Source: a virus
Taxonomy: Duplodnaviria > Caudoviricetes
IMG/VR virus record: IMGVR_UViG_3300028887_000067
Span: 128,001-192,000 of that record
Strand: one strand, 5' to 3'
Length of the DNA stretch: 64,000 bases
The notes below the pieces were generated by a model. The model did no database searches. It was not told the DNA's origin and saw only the letters and a program-made list of their open reading frames with translations. This document shows, piece after piece, positions 61,001 through 64,000 of the stretch (position 1 is the first letter of the stretch; each line of letters begins with the position of its first letter). The translations under genes and the position numbers were made by a program.

Positions 61001-61694
61001 GACCGGACACATAATCAGAGAAATCGAGCGTTGCGTCGGTATTCGGATCAAAGTTCTTTGGAACCGCCGGATATTCATATGTACGGTATGGTTCGGTATT
61101 GCTGTTGTATTCGTCCCCAGGATAAATATCGCACCCCCTACCGTACATGTAGAGGTCGAACCGTTCGAGAGGCAGCTTGCCATAGGCCAGCTGCAGAGCC
61201 TCGTCATAGGTGAACGGGACGAATTCTTCCTGATAAGTCGGCTCCACGCCCTCTTCTTCGGGAACAATTTCACCGGCTGGGGCTCGATAGGCCAGGTTAA
61301 TCTTATTCAGCTCGCTGAAATATTGAGATGCGTACCATGCACGTTTGATGGCTTGGATCTTGTTGCCGTCATCCATAGTGCCGAGGGCGTGCTTCAACGG
61401 ACCGACGATGGACGAGAAATAGCCAGGAATGCCGAACTTCAGGTAGACCGTCTTTCCCTCGGCTTGAGCGCGTGCGATGTCCCACCATGTCGATGTTATG
61501 CCATCCAGTACGACCATGTTGCCACCGCCGACACCGGCTATCTGGCGTCCGCCGATGGTAATAATCTTGTCATCCTCGGATATACCCAGTTCGAGCGAAT
61601 TGCCATTTTTGTCTGACTTGGTACATTCGGCGAACAGCTTGTCATCGCCAAATCGGTCAATCATGGACGGAAGCTCGTTATTAATATCGCTCAT
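55098..61694 (-). CDS. Giant acidic mosaic virion/adhesin-like protein (2198 aa)
   Basis: Duplicated N-terminal AYRAPA module; three beta-sandwich repeats G.I..I.F(Y/H)..Y.G..(N/S)LLV; upstream TATAAACTC. Confidence 0.75.
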   Translation of the reverse strand: MSDINNELPSMIDRFGDDKLFAECTKSDKNGNSLELGISEDDKIITIGGRQIAGVGGGNMVVLDGITSTWWDIARAQAEGKTVYLKFGIPGYFSSIVGPLKHALGTMDDGNKIQAIKRAWYASQYFSELNKINLAYRAPAGEIVPEEEGVEPTYQEEFVPFTYDEALQLAYGKLPLERFDLYMYGRGCDIYPGDEYNSNTEPYRTYEYPAVPKNFDPNTDATLDFSDYVSGLDDPTTRDKAQMDYDRWIKDASAGGLLSITDLTGSSRPHVIKDYTSTDEYIRHLVGYYFDEIPETIVKKYSDRMNQFNMAYRAPANTIIPITEEPEYQTNYIPFEEGDAVKLITGQLTLEKFVVYYFADHYVDEFYNPETDPTLDFSEYNLPDLSDDSVRKAVEETYDEWVAENYEDMINDIYGQVLPSILGVLYDTLLPYEVDLDITLAGFLRVGIGLAYKRSMPFITPRYMAIGLPNTYAVDLSSFKDAGADLSTLEGVIETLGNITSGKLVDTLSGLGNGESGSGIGGILGGLIGGSEESDNSDVTIEPLNSGSLNKGGSVRLEATRDGDISDSGDDPSGDNDDDSNDNDNANPILDLLGIDQEQLAGVVAGISEATFGRDDDIFYLFAVGMDVNRRLSTIPGLEDILGPDTDIEFDRHKGFIVDVNGWNIFAPISGDAYTGIQLDTLIEYVEQIEDVIERLGDTIPGLEYIQGLIDAIGDLLGIGISVTRIKELLQLINNMTMSFSTVLNQRAVYHLVEKGWPVSLLKFDKDAKRLYSTQCLAKVAGATPSASVINVSNFSGLIGTAIAELLIRALGNYNVEMLVELVLGITSSVSSNTFNGADDAIKNAFEKYVPLYGLEWHGLTEIPMGAGVLDGLPHDLANIHVKAGITFRTDEDEDGGVTGSGVGGVFNRTKLSVEQIDTDFLRSYVKINEGTSFNEVYKAAVLGKGVLYENVPSVSAVVDVSSTETTDGEIKSASTEQDSGDTAMRSWELHGEVVPTVYDGKKAVQMRIGAGDGSTIDLVGVENTENVPEYVPIEGDTGPESETFDNRIFEYDGNNFSVAAQVYHSEDLTPGKITSLKFHCGPGTADDYVIQVVVKEISREFEEFPDEPISLSAFEDYFDWDIDDLIYSGVVRFLPYGTVKIPVTKINLLDDDAEPEQSAVEYSGYGNLLVVIISVKYDPTIVRSELPTFFYKTDGSYTNQRCSIIGGEQIQIPPDPEPNPTMTAQYGVANITFGYNEPYSVPKYELPITIGDKNSGRADDRIFGIEGKSYSVSYHIIKASDIKCAGKISSIKFYCDEGTECTREVYVYLKTLPAAVDYFPDNITLSMLASDPLVSWSDCVYYGKLNYVPKTTIDISINTLDDNTQTITPTTFEYNGEDNLLVVIEDGGNDAISGMAPEFYYTPSDSEDPHSSSLCVVSDSGYLDPCDPDNFATVGTLSLKDGAPTITLTFADGVRYDTTASEVPDEGSGNTGHYGPLPVNSTDAVWNASPVSESHMIYPAEYIQRGGLITGIRFYYSPYWDTSDYGYRSMTRHLKAYIRYTHYTAFTSKTDSVEPPTTSNLVFDGNVLFEARSKKNDLGEKHWLTLEFDEGVSFVYDGFHSLLVSVYDYGEAEEPPTEKPPYEIFSCSLMPDTKNIMSIGSKVKKDSDTNENVSVPFSYNCVPLCNFVFSEDESVNPEPEQITDTDPITPDWEANRVEGAEPVEWKIVATETRAVYVNTIEDAIKNYEWFAPQGIDVYLEYKVSEELRSASLNNDYITDINDFMPPWYPYFGGKTIRFKVVDASVKNESIFAIAESEELINSYSAPVNSTLQGRSSTSKAQTSSGPNLTVTVKYYLVAEIGLFATVLSYVPRLTMDAKNDEWYSDSSYYYRLLDPIYFYRNHFWAYSLQYTEDDFVGNYYETADLSAEFVFMALTKNMLTIDYKDDTTAYQLYENNADSSHEPTVSFTSFEIGRHGIERCSMAQIFLYSNNDNEEVEINNNTAALFETPYSIGLYTDAVEWPTPQSKSFDELITETLVSTYETIPNPGEGDPIEREYYAIAAEYDIDIRTNSVNVLNIENYTDSDPVTIEDGNVSATFVVGEAPVPPSGIPSNINEIYVHVEGDGTMSRVLPESKLYISNNKVGCFDNDGGNITILDSTNVPITIYLNDTEIGTISTGETYILELVGPTFELRKVANGGMFMEPPDLPESNSGDIVE

Positions 61695-61747
61695 AGGTGG
61701 CTCTCGGTTAAAACTACGTTTAATCGGAGTTTATATAATCAGCGATA

Positions 61748-62662
61748 TTAGAAGAATGCGCAGATGGCCGTAACAAAGCCACCGATGAAGAACGATGCGG
61801 CTACGGCGGCGACCTTCGCCACAATGCGCCCTGAGGCCACGTACCGCCCCAGCATCCTCGCCCGTTCCATGATGGCGTGACGCCCCTTGACGTGGTCGAA
61901 AAGGCCGTCCGAGCGGTCATGGGAACGATGGCCGACCTTCACCGAGTCTGTTATGGATATGTCCAGCCCAGCATATAGTGCATCCAGCCCCATCGCAACA
62001 TCCTCATATCCCCACCCATTGCCGAACGCCTCGGAGTCGAAGATACCTTCGTCGAGCCCGTAGACCTTTTTCTGGAAAATCCTGAGCTTGGCGAGGCCGT
62101 TGCGTGACATCCCGAAGTTGCAGCTCCAACCGATCATTCCCGTAAGCATGAGGTCGAGACGTTCCGAGAACGTCTTGGATGTATTCCAGGCTTCCACCGC
62201 GCCGGAGACAAGTCTCAAGTCCCGGTAGTCGATGGGGGCACCGGCCCACAGGTTGTCCATGTTGGCCGTTAGAAGGTCCGATGGTGGCATGGCGAGCGAT
62301 GACACATCATCGTGCCGGCGCGTACCGAATACCAGGTCATGGTTTTCCAATAGCGTCTCGTATTTGGCAAGAAAGTCGGGGGAATCCGGATAGCAGTCCC
62401 CGTCAATGAATACCAGCGCATCGTATCCGGAATCAAGGAAATGCTCGATTACGGAGTTGCGGTTACCGCAGCGACCCAGAAACTTCTTGAAATTGTTGAG
62501 CGGAATGACGTTCCCTTGGTCACCCGGAAGGTTCCAATACGGCTTGGCATCCGACATCACGTAGACCGCGGCTGGCCTGACCGTACCAGCATACAGCATA
62601 GCAATGGTCTCGCGCACCATCGAGTGCTGGTTGTGGTTAGGTATGGCGACTGCGATCCGCAC
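61748..62662 (-). CDS. GT2 glycosyltransferase with a C-terminal TM helix
   Basis: VAIPNHNQ, RN, FIDGDC, WSCNFG, FDSEAFGNGWGYED, H..H; hydrophobic C-terminus. Confidence 0.88.
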   Translation of the reverse strand: MRIAVAIPNHNQHSMVRETIAMLYAGTVRPAAVYVMSDAKPYWNLPGDQGNVIPLNNFKKFLGRCGNRNSVIEHFLDSGYDALVFIDGDCYPDSPDFLAKYETLLENHDLVFGTRRHDDVSSLAMPPSDLLTANMDNLWAGAPIDYRDLRLVSGAVEAWNTSKTFSERLDLMLTGMIGWSCNFGMSRNGLAKLRIFQKKVYGLDEGIFDSEAFGNGWGYEDVAMGLDALYAGLDISITDSVKVGHRSHDRSDGLFDHVKGRHAIMERARMLGRYVASGRIVAKVAAVAASFFIGGFVTAICAFF

Positions 62663-62663
62663 G

Positions 62664-63227
62664 TTAACCTCCGTTCACGGTGAACGTGTATGGCGTGTAG
62701 TTCACCGCTTGCATTGTAGTATCGTTTTCCCTTCTGTCGATTACTACCCACGAGCTGTCCGTACGTGACGAGGTCGGTTCATTGGTAGCGCATAGCGTCC
62801 AGGTTTTCGGATTTCTACCAGAATTGGATGCGGTGTCATTGGCCGTAGTTAGGGTGTAGTATGCGACAAGTTCTGGTGTTGCCGTGCGACATATCTGGTA
62901 TACGCCTTCAGACGGGAATGATGCACAGAACTTGGTGCTTGTATTACCGTCATATAGATTTTCGCCGCCCTCGGAATAGCTATATCCACCGGTTCCCGCT
63001 ACATATATGAGCGGTATCTTGTTACCACTGTTGTTATACAGTTCAAGTTCGGAGAGCTGCACAATGGAACCACTACGAATGGCGGTAATGTCCAGCTTGA
63101 AATAGGTATAACCGCTGCCAGCAGCGTACGCCGAAGCGGATATAACCCAATTAGCCGATGAGGTTGGAATATACCAAGTATTACCGGTTATGGTTCCCGT
63201 GCTGACCGTCACATCAGATGCACTCAT
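62664..63227 (-). CDS. C-terminal part of an adhesin-like gene with an F5/8 type C (discoidin/CBM32-like) domain
   Basis: YFKLDIT..QLSELEL, NLYDGNTSTKFC, YTLTTAND..RNPKTWTL. Confidence 0.7.
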   Translation of the reverse strand: MSASDVTVSTGTITGNTWYIPTSSANWVISASAYAAGSGYTYFKLDITAIRSGSIVQLSELELYNNSGNKIPLIYVAGTGGYSYSEGGENLYDGNTSTKFCASFPSEGVYQICRTATPELVAYYTLTTANDTASNSGRNPKTWTLCATNEPTSSRTDSSWVVIDRRENDTTMQAVNYTPYTFTVNGG

Positions 63228-64000
63228 ACCCGAAGCATACGTGCATGTAATCTGGGCGGTGTCCCCGGCGATACGTACTGGCGAGTGGGCGATATAGCCG
63301 TGATTACGTTAGTGTCTAGCAAGCTGGCATTGACCTGTACCTTGGCCGGGTTTATTGTTACCGTTACATCCGATTGTATGTCTGATACAACAATTGCTCC
63401 GTTAACGAGTGTTCCGCCACTGATTGAAATAGTCGAGCTATCGGCCCCCTCAGTAAACGTAATCGGTACAGTGACCGAGTTACCTTCTGTGGTCGATATG
63501 TGAGTTGTTCTCGGAGATACCCACGTGCAGTTGGTTTCAATCGAGACAGTATAAACCGGACTGTCGGTTTTGCACGTCAGATTTGTGACCATACAAAACT
63601 GACTGGTGTAACCTGTACCATAGCGTAGTGTATTACTATCGGCTGGGTCATATGCACTTGAATTATATTTAGAAATAAATCTGCTATTACCGGCAACCTG
63701 ATATCCATATACTCGAGCGTCCGTACTTAGACCTGTGCCGGTCTTGTCGTTAATTGTAACCAGCAAATTATTTACGCCGTTGTAGTTGAATGGAGTATCC
63801 AAGGGTATTTCAAGCCAGCCAATTTGGGACATATTTATCGTTCCGCTAAATACTTTATTGCCTGCTGGTTGAGTAATCATATCGGATGCACTTGCATACG
63901 ATGAAACATTTGTATAACCTAGATATACATCAACGTTGCGGTTGCCGCTGGATACATAGGACACGTACAGCGATAATTTTGTTATCGGGCCAGCCATATT
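63224..64000 (-). CDS. N-terminal/central part of an adhesin-like gene (5' truncated by the window), frameshifted relative to 62664-63227
   Basis: GPITKLSLY..FNYNGVNNLLVTIND module as in the 2198-aa protein; the reading appears to continue in the -1 frame at a G4 run. Confidence 0.7.
   Translation of the reverse strand, partial: NMAGPITKLSLYVSYVSSGNRNVDVYLGYTNVSSYASASDMITQPAGNKVFSGTINMSQIGWLEIPLDTPFNYNGVNNLLVTINDKTGTGLSTDARVYGYQVAGNSRFISKYNSSAYDPADSNTLRYGTGYTSQFCMVTNLTCKTDSPVYTVSIETNCTWVSPRTTHISTTEGNSVTVPITFTEGADSSTISISGGTLVNGAIVVSDIQSDVTVTINPAKVQVNASLLDTNVITAISPTRQYVSPGTPPRLHARMLRV

Noticed and set aside
1-64000. Stop-codon reassignment, tRNA genes, introns or inteins
   Set aside because: TAA, TAG and TGA all end well-supported genes; no tRNA-like cloverleaf was seen in the short intergenic gaps; terminase and NrdD are uninterrupted with no intein motifs.

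Overview
A 64-kb segment of a large T4-like (contractile-tail) phage genome, GC-rich and read in the standard genetic code. Positions 1-23 kb are a virion module: tail sheath (5' truncated), tail tube, two UvsY-like paralogs, a putative small terminase, a gp47/SbcD nuclease, a gp26/gp51-like tail assembly chaperone pair probably joined by a +1 frameshift, tape measure, baseplate, spike and a gp4-like head-completion nuclease. Positions 23-45 kb are mixed: IF-1, a sigma70-family factor, Hsp20, an RNA ligase, large terminase, glycosyltransferases, an AAA ATPase, NrdD/NrdG preceded by tandem NrdR boxes, a complete 1388-bp TnpB-only IS200/IS605 element, an HD hydrolase and a nucleoside-hydrolase-like gene. 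Positions 45-64 kb carry giant fibre/adhesin genes. Highlights: (1) a 2689-aa repetitive tail fibre ending in a histidine phosphatase domain with its catalytic motifs intact; (2) a CCC_TTT_CGT +1 frameshift candidate in the tail chaperone; (3) an IS whose ends, TAM (TCAC), omega-RNA pseudoknot and guide can be read directly; (4) a recurring (T/G)ATAAACT late-promoter-like motif, three times as divergent pairs with near-constant spacing. All protein calls come from motifs recognised by eye; no database searches were run.
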